From a bacterium (GTDB taxonomy: Bacteria; Hinthialibacterota; Hinthialibacteria; Hinthialibacterales; Hinthialibacteraceae), in the NCBI GenBank assembly GCA_963662285.2, contig CAXXMV010000002.1:1152001-1216000 (forward strand): a DNA stretch of 64,000 nucleotides, in the 5' to 3' direction. Numbering within the stretch: the first letter of the stretch is position 1; each line of letters begins with the position of its first letter. The notes under the pieces were generated by a model. The model did no database searches. It was given only the letters and a program-made list of their open reading frames with translations, and had not been told where the DNA came from. Below, in pieces: positions 62,991 through 64,000 of the stretch. A program made the position numbers and the translations under genes.

Positions 62991-63878
62991 TTACTCCCCT
63001 CCCCATCCTTTTACCGGGGGATTAATGTTCGTAACCGAGTTGATCTCTTTTGTCTTTATCCACCAGCCTATAAGGCACACTGTAATCGCCAGAGCGCCGG
63101 ATATGACGGCGCCCTCGGTTATGTAGGAGAAGAAGCCCGGTCCTTCTGCGGTCGGAGCGGGAAAGGGGAAAAGCAGGTATCCCAAGGTGAATACGGCGCT
63201 ATAGCATATTACAGAGAATGCGACATGAAAGATGATTAATTGAATCCATACGCCCTCTGGATTAACTTGCGAGCCAGCGCCTCCGAATCCGGTTCGAACT
63301 ACGTAATCACGGCGAAAGCGAACAGGATAACTGCTGAGCAGTCCCACGGTGATTGCCGTCATGAAAAGAAAGAAAAGAATGGAATAATAGTTCTGTTCTT
63401 TATCCCATTGATCCAGATTCGCTGAATAGGCCTGAAAGCGCTTTTGATCCCAGATAACTTGGATTACGCCGCTTACATTTTGAATCTGCTCCGCTAATTG
63501 CGGCGAGCGATGAATTGGATCGAGCTGGAATTCTGAAGTTGCGTAGAGGATTGGATCCAGATGAGCGCTCCATAATTCGTTCCAGTCTTCTTCGTAATCA
63601 GCCGGGCCTTTCCATGGAGGAACCGGGATATTCAATTCTGCTGCATTGATGTCATGTATGGCTTCTACTATGGAGACGATCTCGTCGTTGCGCCCTTCTT
63701 CCAAACCATATTCAAGCCGGGCGGCGTAAAGCACCGGGAAAACGGCTTGTTCTATGGTCTGTTTTTTGAATTGAAAATATATCTGAGTGAGAGAACGAAG
63801 CGAAACGCAACAGGAAACAATGATGATTAATGCTGTGTATAGTTGAATCTTGGAATTTTTCAATTTTAATAATACCAT
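62991..63878 (-). CDS. Divergent FtsX-like membrane protein
   Basis: 1+3 TM topology with a periplasmic loop (IQNVSGVIQV); directly upstream of envC. Confidence 0.45.
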   Translation of the reverse strand: MVLLKLKNSKIQLYTALIIIVSCCVSLRSLTQIYFQFKKQTIEQAVFPVLYAARLEYGLEEGRNDEIVSIVEAIHDINAAELNIPVPPWKGPADYEEDWNELWSAHLDPILYATSEFQLDPIHRSPQLAEQIQNVSGVIQVIWDQKRFQAYSANLDQWDKEQNYYSILFFLFMTAITVGLLSSYPVRFRRDYVVRTGFGGAGSQVNPEGVWIQLIIFHVAFSVICYSAVFTLGYLLFPFPAPTAEGPGFFSYITEGAVISGALAITVCLIGWWIKTKEINSVTNINPPVKGWGGE

Positions 63879-64000
63879 TTAGGAAATAGAACTTTCTGGT
63901 TGTATCTTGCATGTATTTACAAATTATATGCACGAGAGACGCTGATGTAAATAATCTTCAGCATTTTTAATTCACCCGGAATAGGCTTGTTGGACTGTTT

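Overview
64 kb of bacterial chromosome from a diderm, polysaccharide-degrading organism. The short C-terminal (T/S)-x-V-x-x-W tails and the giant PT-repeat surface proteins suggest a Ca. Hinthialibacterota/Sumerlaeota-like lineage; this is inference only. Gene content: secreted beta-propeller proteins, a Ni/Co ECF transporter (MLQO), many carbohydrate-active or Tat-exported enzymes (GH106-like, GH109-like, heparinase II/III-like lyase, SGNH esterases, sugar porter), an HzsA-like diheme protein, a 2.6-kaa dual S8 + C1A protease, a second S8 protease, and the ftsX-like/envC/ctpA/tsaD cluster. Intergenic space is dense in mobile DNA. It holds an intact IS4-family element in a PIN-toxin remnant, two near-identical IS481 copies plus a third end scar (all in loops of one REP-like hairpin family), an unannotated IS110 left-end remnant with a structured leader, a nested RAYT/MITE remnant, and at least four REP-like families. 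Leading candidates for new biology: (1) REP-targeted IS481 with a structured 3' non-coding region that contains a 13-nt match to its target flank, (2) a shared C-terminal VxxW-type sorting motif, and (3) protease cassettes inserted into split Ig-like domains. No CRISPR array, rRNA or tRNA was seen.
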